In this document: positions 1 through 8,048 of the stretch, in pieces
Layout of the letters: each line of letters starts with the position of its first letter
Position numbering within the stretch: the first letter of the stretch is position 1
Assembly: GCA_045561295.1 (NCBI GenBank)
Contig: JBJKYD010000003.1
Coordinates: 1 to 10,931 of the forward strand
Direction of reading: 5' to 3'
Length of the DNA: 10,931 nt
Origin: Gammaproteobacteria bacterium
GTDB taxonomy: Bacteria; Pseudomonadota; Gammaproteobacteria; GCA-002705445; GCA-002716945
Program-made: the position numbers and the translations under genes
Notes under the pieces: model-generated
What the model was told of the DNA's origin: nothing
The model's input: only the letters and a program-made list of their open reading frames with translations
Databases searched by the model: none

Positions 1-499
1 TTTCAGAAGATGAGTATGTCGCGCCACACTCTTCACAAGAATCTCCATATTGATCTTTAGCGCCACATTTAGGGCATTCACCTTTAATGAATCTATCTGG
101 TAGAAACATTTTTGCTTCATCATCATAGAACTGTTCAATCTCTTTACTTGCAATATCACCTTTATCTTTAAGTGCTAGATAAATTCTTTCAGATATTTCT
201 CTATTTTCATCGGAGTGAGTGGTATGAAAGTTATCAAATTCAATTTGAAAGTCTTTAAAATCCTTTACGTGTTCATCGTAAGTATTTTTAATCAATTCTT
301 CAGGTGTAACACCGAGTTCTTTTGCTTTGAGCATGATAGGTGTTCCATGAGAATCATCGGCACAGATATAGACACAATCATTACCTGCCATCTTCTGACT
401 TCTCACCCAGATATCTGTTTGTAAGTATTCAACAAGGTGGCCTAAATGGATAGAACCATTAGCATAAGGCAGTGCACTTGTAACTATTATTCTTCTCAT
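1..499 (-). CDS. metG: Methionyl-tRNA synthetase, N-terminal part (runs off the window's left edge)
   Basis: Not in the ORF track; my translation of the minus strand from ATG at 499 gives [33 protein letters not shown]...ADDSHGTPI...[35 protein letters not shown]. It has the class I HLGH motif and the MetRS Zn-knuckle CxxC...CxxC. Divergent metG/apbC is a conserved proteobacterial arrangement. Confidence 0.97.
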   Translation of the reverse strand, partial: MRRIIVTSALPYANGSIHLGHLVEYLQTDIWVRSQKMAGNDCVYICADDSHGTPIMLKAKELGVTPEELIKNTYDEHVKDFKDFQIEFDNFHTTHSDENREISERIYLALKDKGDIASKEIEQFYDDEAKMFLPDRFIKGECPKCGAKDQYGDSCEECGATYSSSE

Positions 500-602
500 T
501 GAAATTTGATAATATGCCTATAAATTAATCAGTATGAGGTTATAATAAGGCCTCGATACATAATGAGTATTGTATATTAAAACCATAAAAAGGACTAAGG
601 GA

Positions 603-1686
603 ATGAATAAAGAGAACATAGAAGCATTATTAAAGGATTATCAGTGTCCATACATGGGTACAGATTTAGTCAGCGGAAATGCTATCAAAGAAGTTAAAGT
701 TGAGGGAAACAACGTTTATGTGAAATGTGTATTAGGCTGGCCTGCTGAGGGCATCATGCAAGCATTTCATGAAAATATGGATAAAAAAATTAAAGAAGCT
801 TATCCAGATGCACAGACTAATTTAGATTTAAGCTATGAAATATCTGCCCACGGTGTGCAGCAATCAGTAGAGAGAATTAAAGGCATTAAAAATATTATTG
901 CGGTAGCCTCAGGTAAAGGTGGTGTCGGAAAATCAACAACCGCTGTAAACCTTGCCTTAGCATTAAAAGAGGAGGGCGCAACAGCGGCTATATTAGATGC
1001 TGATATCTATGGCCCTAGTATTCCAAGAATGTTAGGTGTCAGTGGACAACCTGATTCTGAAGACGGTAAAACATTAGAGCCTAAAATCGGACATGGTTTA
1101 CAATCAATGTCTATCGGACTTTTAGTTGAAGAAGATACACCTATGATCTGGAGAGGACCAATGGTCACTCAAGCATTGGAGCAACTACTTACAGATACAA
1201 ACTGGAAAGATGTCGATTACTTGATTATCGACCTACCACCTGGTACCGGTGATGTTCAATTAACACTTGTGTCAAAAGATTCCTGTCAGTGGAGCAGTTA
1301 TTGTAACTACACCACAAGACATCTCACTTATTGATGCTCGCAAGGGACTTAAAATGTTTGAAAAAGTTGAAGTGCCTGTCCTAGGGATTGTTGAGAACAT
1401 GAGTACGCACGTATGTAAAAAGTGTGGTCACATTGAAAGTATCTTTGGTGAAGGTGGAGGAGAGCAATTAGCTTCTGAGGCTGGCGTTAAACTTTTAGGT
1501 GAACTTCCACTTGAAAAACAAATCAGAGAAGAAATGGATAAAGGTACACCAACAGTGTCATCTAATCCAATGGACCCTGCATCTTTAGCCTATCGTGAGA
1601 TTGCTCGTAAAATGACAGCAACTCTATCGATGCGTAAAAAAGATTACAGTTCAGCTTTTCCAAAGATTGTTATTCAAAATGACTGA
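603..1686 (+). pseudogene. apbC: Fe-S cluster carrier ATPase ApbC/Mrp, split by a single-base frameshift near 1266-1269 (possibly a sequencing artefact)
   Basis: ORF 570..1334 has the deviant Walker A GKGGVGKST plus DADIYGPS, WRGP and DLPPGTGD. ORF 1267..1686 continues with CQKIPVSGAVIVTTPQ, ENMS and CKKC. Removing one base restores a 360-aa protein from ATG 603, which is preceded by AGGA/AAGGG. Confidence 0.92.
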
Positions 1687-1700
1687 TAGATCGACATTTT

Positions 1701-2267
1701 ATGGCGATTAAATCAGATAAGTGGATAAAAGAAATGGCGGAAAGCCATGGAATGATAGAGCCATTCCAATATGATCAAGTAAAACAAAATGAAACGGGTT
1801 CTATAGTATCATACGGAACTTCAAGCTACGGATACGATGTCCGTTGTTCAGATGAATTTAAAATCTTTACTAATATTAATTCTGCTTTTGTAGATCCTAA
1901 AGCTTTTGATGATCAAAGTTTTGTCGATTTAAAATCTGATGTTTGTATTATTCCACCTAATTCATTTGCACTCGCAAGAACGGTTGAATATTTCAGAATA
2001 CCCAGACAAGTGCTTACTCTCTGTTTAGGTAAATCAACTTATGCACGGTGTGGCATTATTGTAAATGTCACTCCCTTGGAGCCAGAGTGGGAGGGACATG
2101 TCACATTAGAGTTTTCAAATACAACGCCACTTCCTGCAAAGATTTATGCTAATGAAGGTGTAGCACAATTTATCTTTTTAGAATCAGATGAAGTCTGTGA
2201 AACTTCATATAAAGATCGTAAAGGTAAATATCAAGGGCAAAAAGGTGTCACATTACCAAAAACATAA
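1701..2267 (+). CDS. dcd: dCTP deaminase
   Basis: 188 aa with [37 protein letters not shown] and C-terminal KYQGQ. The metG-apbC-dcd synteny is typical. Confidence 0.96.
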   Translation: MAIKSDKWIKEMAESHGMIEPFQYDQVKQNETGSIVSYGTSSYGYDVRCSDEFKIFTNINSAFVDPKAFDDQSFVDLKSDVCIIPPNSFALARTVEYFRIPRQVLTLCLGKSTYARCGIIVNVTPLEPEWEGHVTLEFSNTTPLPAKIYANEGVAQFIFLESDEVCETSYKDRKGKYQGQKGVTLPKT

Positions 2268-2286
2268 TATAATAAGATTTTAGGAG
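2245..2286 (+). promoter_or_regulatory. Putative sigma70 promoter and RBS for the TusE/DsrC-family gene
   Basis: GTGTCA (2245-2250), a 17-nt spacer and TATAAT (2268-2273), then AGGAG (2282-2286) 7 nt before ATG 2294. Confidence 0.5.
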
Positions 2287-2293
2287 CGAAAAT

Positions 2294-2590
2294 ATGGATT
2301 TAAATAGAGATGGTGACGGCTTTTTAGTTAATACTAATGACTGGTCAGAAGAAGTCATGAATCAAATGGCTGATGCTGATGGTTTTGTGATTACCGAAGA
2401 GATTAAAACTTATATCGATAAGGCTCGTGAAATGTATAACGCTACAGGAACTGTTCCAGCAGTTCGTAATTTTGCAAAAGAATTTGGCATGGATAGAAAG
2501 GCAAGTAAATTATATGAAGTCTTTGAATCTGGTCCTATGAAAAAAATTGCAAAGTATGGTGGACTTCCAAAGCCCACTGGCTGCGTTTAA
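2294..2590 (+). CDS. tusE: TusE/DsrC/DsvC-family sulfur relay protein (single C-terminal Cys, TusE-type)
   Basis: N-terminal DGDGFLVNTNDWSEEV and C-terminal LYEVFESGPMKKIAKYGGLPKPTGCV. The penultimate Cys is present and the Cys-X10-Cys partner position is Ala. Confidence 0.88.
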   Translation: MDLNRDGDGFLVNTNDWSEEVMNQMADADGFVITEEIKTYIDKAREMYNATGTVPAVRNFAKEFGMDRKASKLYEVFESGPMKKIAKYGGLPKPTGCV

Positions 2591-2603
2591 ATTATTCTTT
2601 AAG

Positions 2604-3194
2604 TTAGTAAAGTTCTATTGAAGCTAAATCAATTTGTGCTTTAAATTTTTTACCAATCGCAACAATACCAATAGTTTTGATATCCTGTGATACGACACTC
2701 GTAGGTTGATAAAAATTAGATTTTTTAAATGATTGGAAAGGAAGCTCAATGGTTGTCCACTCATTAGTTACTTTGAATGTTGAATTATAATATTGCCATG
2801 GAAGTAGCAAATATTTAGTTCTTACATGAACTGCATATTCATGATTATTTCCTCTAACTCTTAATCTCACACCTTTAAAACTTTTATTTTTAGGATGATT
2901 CTTAATCTTGGTGCGAAATTGTATAAAGCCACCATTATTTTCAAGTGATAGCTCACCTGTCATACGATAAAAATAATTGTTACCTTCTTTTTTTATTTCA
3001 AGAGAACCTTCTGAAAGACCCCCCATAACTTTATCGGTTACAAAACACCACTTAGCATTTCCACCTTCACAAAATTCCTCATCTGGCTGACCAGATTGAT
3101 TTTTCATATCATCAATAATCATGTTATCTGCTAGAGAAATATTGCCCATTAAAAAGGTTAATAAAAAAATACTTTGTAAAAATCTCATATTCAT
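2604..3194 (-). CDS. CIA30-family (complex I intermediate-associated protein 30 domain) protein with predicted signal peptide
   Basis: Family motifs WxFVTDKVMGGLSEG, GELSLENNGGF, GVRLRVRGN and WTTIELPF. The start is probably ATG 3194 (ATGA overlap with the upstream HAD stop) or 3188, not 3215. The N-terminus MRFLQSIFLLTFLMGNISLA looks like a Sec signal. Confidence 0.85.
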   Translation of the reverse strand: MNMRFLQSIFLLTFLMGNISLADNMIIDDMKNQSGQPDEEFCEGGNAKWCFVTDKVMGGLSEGSLEIKKEGNNYFYRMTGELSLENNGGFIQFRTKIKNHPKNKSFKGVRLRVRGNNHEYAVHVRTKYLLLPWQYYNSTFKVTNEWTTIELPFQSFKKSNFYQPTSVVSQDIKTIGIVAIGKKFKAQIDLASIELY

Positions 3195-3844
3195 CTGAAA
3201 CTCACACAATCCCAATCTCTATTTTTACCGATTTCAACTAACTTGTCATCACCATCGACTATAACAGGAGTTTTAACTTTTTCTAAAAGAGGTAAGTCAT
3301 TAAATGAATCTGAATAAAAAGATGCTTTCGATAAATCAAAATTATTGTCATCAACCCACTTTTGTACTTTATTGAGTTTTCCTTCGCGAAAACAAGGTAC
3401 GTCTATGACCTTGCCCGTGAATTGTTGATTTTTAATTTCAAACTCAGTTGCAATGAGCGTTTGAACATTAAATAAATCCGCTATAGGGCGGGTTACAAAA
3501 TCATTGGTTGCTGTTGCAATGACAACTGTTTTGCCATTTTGTAATGCGTGATTAATAATTTCTTTACCTGGTTGTGTAACGATTGGTTTAATCTTATCTT
3601 CGATAAATTGCTGTCTTAGTTTTAATAAGTACTCCATATCATTATCAATGAGAGGTTTAAGACAGAAAGATAAGAATCCATCAATATCCAAACTACCGTC
3701 ATAATAGTTATTATAGAATTTTTCGCTTTCATCAAGATAAGATGATTCAACAACCTTTTGCTCAGCTAAAAATATTCCCCAATTTCTATCGCTGTCACCT
3801 GCAAGCAAAGTATTATCTAGATCAAAAATTAATAGTTCATTCAT
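3191..3844 (-). CDS. HAD-IB family hydrolase, probable histidinol-phosphatase (HisN-like) / SerB-like phosphatase
   Basis: HAD motif I FDLDNTLL, motif II ATATN, motif III CFREGK and motif IV YSDSFNDLPLL. It is divergent from rppH, as is the HAD-type histidinol-phosphatase in Pseudomonas. The substrate is an inference. Confidence 0.82.
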   Translation of the reverse strand: MNELLIFDLDNTLLAGDSDRNWGIFLAEQKVVESSYLDESEKFYNNYYDGSLDIDGFLSFCLKPLIDNDMEYLLKLRQQFIEDKIKPIVTQPGKEIINHALQNGKTVVIATATNDFVTRPIADLFNVQTLIATEFEIKNQQFTGKVIDVPCFREGKLNKVQKWVDDNNFDLSKASFYSDSFNDLPLLEKVKTPVIVDGDDKLVEIGKNRDWDCVSFR

Positions 3845-3955
3845 ATTTTATTTAGTAAGGAATAATTAGTCGTATATACTGGTAGTAGTATATCGGTTCA
3901 AGGGGGATGTTAAAAGCCGTGTATCTTAAAGTCACAAGTTTATCAAAAATCATTT

Positions 3956-4432
3956 ATGGATAAGAAAAATTACAGAAGAGGTGTTGGTATGATTATCATG
4001 AATCATGAAGGCCGTTTCTGGCTTGGGCAAAGAATTGGAACCGATACTTGGCAGTTTCCTCAAGGTGGTATTGATAAAGGGGAATCTGTAAGAGAGGCCA
4101 TGTATCGAGAACTTCAAGAAGAAACAGGTTTAGAAAAAGAAGTAGTTGAAATAGTAAGTATCAGCAAAAAATGGCTTGTGTATCACATACCTCATCTTTT
4201 CCAAAGACATAATAAAAAATTTGATGGTGCTATGCAGAAGTGGTATCTGCTAAAACTTATAGGGAAAGATTCGGATGTTAATTTAAATGCTTCAGGACAT
4301 GCTGAATTTGATGATTGGAAATGGGGTGATAAATCAACAGCTATTAAAAGTGTGATTAAATTCAAACGCGATGTTTATAAAAGTATTTTTAGAGAATTTA
4401 AAGATACCTTAGATGGGTTTATAGACGACTAA
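3956..4432 (+). CDS. rppH: RNA pyrophosphohydrolase (Nudix)
   Basis: YRRGVG, WQFPQGG, Nudix box GGIDKGESVREAMYRELQEETGL, QKWYLL, EFDDWKW and FKRDVY. Confidence 0.93.
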   Translation: MDKKNYRRGVGMIIMNHEGRFWLGQRIGTDTWQFPQGGIDKGESVREAMYRELQEETGLEKEVVEIVSISKKWLVYHIPHLFQRHNKKFDGAMQKWYLLKLIGKDSDVNLNASGHAEFDDWKWGDKSTAIKSVIKFKRDVYKSIFREFKDTLDGFIDD

Positions 4433-4819
4433 ATAAATAATCAATACTAAAAATATTACTGGGACCTCATTAAAAACACGATACCAGACATGACCATGAG
4501 TATTCGCATCAACTTTGAATTGTTGAAGAAGTGCGCCGCACCATAAATGATAGAGCACAAGAAAAAATACCAGCAATATCTTCATTTGTAACCAAAATGA
4601 CATGCCATGATATTCGATGAGTAGTCCGCCAAATATTATTGTGAAAATAGCACCTGGGGTCATTATCCCCCAAAATAATTTTCTCTCCATAATCTTAAAT
4701 CTATCTTTTGAAATCTGATCTTCTGCTTGTGCATGGTATACGTAGAGTCGAGGTAAATAAAAAAGACCGGCAAACCATGTGACCATAAAAATAATATGAA
4801 GTGTTTTATATAGCAGCAT
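4409..4819 (-). CDS. hemJ: Protoporphyrinogen IX oxidase HemJ
   Basis: KTLHIIFMVTWFAGLFYLPRLYVYH, MERKL, IMTPG, YHLWCG, RVFNEVP and C-terminal KP; four hydrophobic helices. Confidence 0.93.
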   Translation of the reverse strand: MLLYKTLHIIFMVTWFAGLFYLPRLYVYHAQAEDQISKDRFKIMERKLFWGIMTPGAIFTIIFGGLLIEYHGMSFWLQMKILLVFFLVLYHLWCGALLQQFKVDANTHGHVWYRVFNEVPVIFLVLIIYLVVYKPI

Positions 4820-4887
4820 GTTTATTATTCTACCTTTAAATGTATAATGTGCCTAAATAAATAGCTAATAAATATTTAGGTAATAAT

Positions 4888-5904
4888 ATGATTTCAATAG
4901 GCATAGTCGGCGCATCAGGTTATACAGGTGAAGAACTGATAAGACTCCTTCTTATGCATCCTGAAGCATCTATAGATGTTTTAACATCAAGAACCCATGC
5001 TGGAAAATGTGTTGATGATGTTTATACTTTTGATAAAAAATTAGAAAAAGATTTTTTAGAACCTGTTACAGATAATCTATTAACATGCGATGTGGTGTTC
5101 TTTGCTTCACCTAATGGCGTGGCTATGAACATGGCAAAAGAACTTATAGAAAATAATGTCAAAATAATTGATATATCTGCTGATTTTAGGATACCTGATG
5201 TTGATATTTGGGAGAAATGGTACGGACAAAAACATGCTTGTCCAGAATTGATTAAAGAATCTGTATATGGTCTTCCTGAAATGAAAAATCAAAAAGAAAA
5301 AATATCAAAAGCTAATATTATTGCTAACCCTGGATGCTATCCAACTGCATCACTCTTAAGTCTTTTACCTATTATCAGTTTAATTAAACAACAAAGAATT
5401 ATTATTAATTCAACATCAGGTATTTCAGGCGCAGGAAGAAATCTAAATCCTGAAAAATTATTTTCTGCTGGCACCGATAACTATCAAGCTTATGCTGTTG
5501 CTAAACATAGACACTACCCAGAGATGCTTGCTCAAATAAGTGATATAAATAAAGATATAGACTTACTTTTTGTCCCACACTTAAGCTCTATAGAAAGAGG
5601 AATCTATTCAACACATTATGTAACGATGGATAATTTAAATCTTGACCAAGTTTATGATGTGTATTATGAATACTTTCAAGGCTCTGATTTTGTAAAAATT
5701 ATAAATCAAACCTATCCAAAAGTAGGACAAGTTAACAATACGAATAATTGCATTATTTCCTTGTTTGCATCCTCAGATACAAATCAAACTTCTAATCTCG
5801 TGATCATGTGCGCTATAGATAACCTAATCAAAGGAGCTTCTGGGCAGGCAATACAGAACATGAATATCATGTTCAATCTAAAAGATACATTTGGTTTAGT
5901 ATAA
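4888..5904 (+). CDS. argC: N-acetyl-gamma-glutamyl-phosphate reductase
   Basis: IVGASGYTG Rossmann motif, DISADFR, catalytic ANPGCYPT, SGISGAGR, HRHYPE and DNLIKGASGQAIQNMN. Confidence 0.96.
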   Translation: MISIGIVGASGYTGEELIRLLLMHPEASIDVLTSRTHAGKCVDDVYTFDKKLEKDFLEPVTDNLLTCDVVFFASPNGVAMNMAKELIENNVKIIDISADFRIPDVDIWEKWYGQKHACPELIKESVYGLPEMKNQKEKISKANIIANPGCYPTASLLSLLPIISLIKQQRIIINSTSGISGAGRNLNPEKLFSAGTDNYQAYAVAKHRHYPEMLAQISDINKDIDLLFVPHLSSIERGIYSTHYVTMDNLNLDQVYDVYYEYFQGSDFVKIINQTYPKVGQVNNTNNCIISLFASSDTNQTSNLVIMCAIDNLIKGASGQAIQNMNIMFNLKDTFGLV

Positions 5905-5991
5905 ACATCAGCGCTATCGTCATATATAATTAATAAAAGCTTAAAATTCTTATTGTATTATTAGGAGCTTACGAGTTAGACTAAACATCCA

Positions 5992-6447
5992 ATGAAAATA
6001 TTTGATAAAATTACAGAAACTGCTACTGGTGATAAGAATTCAACAGTGATTGGGGAGAACTGCGTTATTGAAGGCGATTTAACATTTGAAAAAACTATTG
6101 AAGTCCATGGAAAGATTGTTGGTACAGTCAAGATAGCAGAAAACTGCACGAGTGCTGCTCTTGTTATTAAAAAATCTGGAATCGTTGAAGGCGATGTTTA
6201 TGGTAGTGATGTCATAATTGAAGGCGAGGTAGTCGGCAATGTATCTGGTAAGAAAAAAATCAGTATAGAAAACTCCGCTTTTGTTTCAGGAAATGTTTAC
6301 TATGACATCTTGGACATGCATGGTGGCGCTACAGTAAATGGTAACCTTATTAGAAATAAGGGCAAAGAACCACAAAAAATCGAAAATAAGTCATCTGCTC
6401 CTATAGAAAGCATCGATAAGAACGAAACAAACAAGAAGTTAATCTAG
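5992..6447 (+). CDS. Bactofilin (CcmA-like polymer-forming cytoskeletal protein)
   Basis: STVIGENCVIEGDL...IEVHGKIVGTV...GIVEGDV...VIIEGEVVGNV...VSGNVYY..LDMHGGATVNGNL beta-helix repeats; typical position between argC and erpA. Confidence 0.9.
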   Translation: MKIFDKITETATGDKNSTVIGENCVIEGDLTFEKTIEVHGKIVGTVKIAENCTSAALVIKKSGIVEGDVYGSDVIIEGEVVGNVSGKKKISIENSAFVSGNVYYDILDMHGGATVNGNLIRNKGKEPQKIENKSSAPIESIDKNETNKKLI

Positions 6448-6453
6448 CATAAA

Positions 6454-6481
6454 TTGTTATTTCTAACTTTTTTGTTATAAT
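6454..6481 (+). promoter_or_regulatory. Putative extended -10 sigma70 promoter for erpA-citrate synthase
   Basis: TTGTTA (6454-6459), a 16-nt spacer to the -10, and TG-n-TATAAT (TG 6473-6474, TATAAT 6476-6481). Confidence 0.55.
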
Positions 6482-6504
6482 GTAGCCACTACAGAGACAC
6501 AGAA

Positions 6505-6864
6505 ATGGAAAATACAACTACAACAATCCAGGATATACAACCACTAATCTTTACAGATAGTGCTGCGGAAAAAGTGAAGGCACTAATTGAAGAAGAAAAA
6601 AATCCTGATCTTAATCTAAGAGTATTTATTACAGGCGGAGGTTGCTCAGGTTTTCAATACGGGTTTACGTTTGATGAGAAAATTCAAGACGGCGATGCTG
6701 AGATTGCGAAATGTGGCGTTAAGCTTCTTGTAGATCCAATGAGCATACAGTATCTAAGGGGCGCTGAAATTGATTATCAAGAGGGCCTTGAAGGCGCTCA
6801 ATTTGTAATAAAAAATCCAAACGCTAAAACTACATGTGGTTGTGGCTCTTCCTTCTCAACATAA
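6505..6864 (+). CDS. erpA: Fe-S cluster insertion protein ErpA
   Basis: [48 protein letters not shown] and [14 protein letters not shown], with all three conserved Cys. Confidence 0.96.
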   Translation: MENTTTTIQDIQPLIFTDSAAEKVKALIEEEKNPDLNLRVFITGGGCSGFQYGFTFDEKIQDGDAEIAKCGVKLLVDPMSIQYLRGAEIDYQEGLEGAQFVIKNPNAKTTCGCGSSFST

Positions 6865-6872
6865 AAATATAA

Positions 6873-8048
6873 ATGACAGACTCAAGCACGCACTTATATA
6901 GCCCTGGGCTAGTTGGAATAATAGCTACTAAATCATCTGTATCAAATATTAATGGTGAAAAAGGAATACTAAGCTATAGAGGTTATTCTATCGAAGAGCT
7001 TGCTAAAAAAAGTACATTCGAAGAGACTTCCTACCTACTTTTATTCGGTGATCTTCCTACAAAAAATGAGTTAGAAGAATTCACTACTAAAGTTACAGAA
7101 TATAGAGAACTGCCAACTGACTTAATCAAAATCTTAAAATCATTACCCAAAGAAACTAAACCCATGGATGTCCTTCAAATGGCAGTTTCATCACTTGGTA
7201 CATTCTACAATCTTGAAGTTAGTCCAGAAATGGTCAAAGGAAAAAAATATAATAAAGATTATTTTATGAATACCTCAGCAGCTTTAATTGGCGCATTAGG
7301 CTCTATAGTTGCTGCGTGGCACAGAATAAGGAGTAATCAAGATCCTATTTCTTCAAACCCACAATCAACCTATGCAGAAAACTTTTTACTTATGTTAGGC
7401 GCGGAGAAGATCACACCTCTTATGACAAGAATTATGGATGCTACATTAGTGCTTCATGGAGAGCATACTATCAATGCATCAACTTTTACGGCTATGGTAA
7501 CCTCATCTACCTTAGCAAATGCATCACAAGTGGTTGCTTCAGCAATTGGTTCATTGTCAGGCCCACTTCATGGTGGTGCTAATGAAAAAGTAGTATCGAT
7601 GCTTTCTAAGATTGATAGCAAAGATGATATCAGACCATGGCTTGATGATACTCTTAAAGCTAAAAATGTTGTCTGGGGTATGGGACACAGAGAGTACTCA
7701 GTAAAAGACCCAAGGGCAAATATCTTAACAGACATGGTTCAAGAACTTTTTAATGAGAGAGAAGGCGGGGTTACTGATATCTTCGAAAAAGCGATAGAGC
7801 TGGAAAAAGCTTGCGAAGAAAAATTAGCACACAAAGGCGTATATCCTAATGTAGATTTCTATTCTGGAATTTTGTACAAAGAAATGGATATCCCAACAGA
7901 TATCTTTACTCCTATTTTTGCGATGTCACGCGTGTCAGGATGGCTTTCTCACTGGATAGAACAAATCCAAGACAATAAAATCTTTAGACCCACTCAAAAT
8001 TATGTTGGATCTGATGACCGCGACTACACAGATATTAGCGGTAGATAG
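6873..8048 (+). CDS. gltA: Citrate synthase (short, ~390-aa type; citrate/2-methylcitrate synthase family)
   Basis: PGLxG, LSYRGYSIEEL, LHGEHTINASTF, GPLHGGANE, GMGHREYSVKDPRA, YPNVDFYSG and IFRP; catalytic His/His/Asp motifs are intact. Confidence 0.9.
   Translation: MTDSSTHLYSPGLVGIIATKSSVSNINGEKGILSYRGYSIEELAKKSTFEETSYLLLFGDLPTKNELEEFTTKVTEYRELPTDLIKILKSLPKETKPMDVLQMAVSSLGTFYNLEVSPEMVKGKKYNKDYFMNTSAALIGALGSIVAAWHRIRSNQDPISSNPQSTYAENFLLMLGAEKITPLMTRIMDATLVLHGEHTINASTFTAMVTSSTLANASQVVASAIGSLSGPLHGGANEKVVSMLSKIDSKDDIRPWLDDTLKAKNVVWGMGHREYSVKDPRANILTDMVQELFNEREGGVTDIFEKAIELEKACEEKLAHKGVYPNVDFYSGILYKEMDIPTDIFTPIFAMSRVSGWLSHWIEQIQDNKIFRPTQNYVGSDDRDYTDISGR

Noticed and set aside
215-424. 69-aa + strand ORF
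   Set aside because: Antisense shadow entirely inside metG, with no recognisable motif.
500-514. Near-leaderless metG transcript (minus-strand TATTAT 9 nt before the ATG)
   Set aside because: No supporting -35, and such hexamers are frequent in AT-rich DNA. Not supportable without TSS data.
570-602. Upstream TTG start of apbC given by the ORF track
   Set aside because: ATG at 603 has a purine-rich RBS and gives a normal ApbC length.
1260-1280. Programmed +1 ribosomal frameshift in apbC (CTT codon as in prfB)
   Set aside because: No stop codon follows CTT, there is no internal SD just upstream and no slippery run. I know of no recoding in apbC.
2294-2590. Evidence for dissimilatory sulfur metabolism (bona fide dsrC)
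   Set aside because: The second conserved Cys is absent and no dsr genes are in the window, so this cannot be claimed from this gene alone.
5107-5292. 61-aa - strand ORF
   Set aside because: Antisense shadow inside argC, with no motif or RBS evidence.
603-6864. ApbC + TusE + ErpA + HemJ as one novel Fe-S/sulfur/heme system
   Set aside because: The genes lie in different transcription units and belong to well-known conserved blocks (metG-apbC-dcd; argC-bactofilin-erpA-anmK-tyrS-rrn). Proximity is explained by genome compaction.
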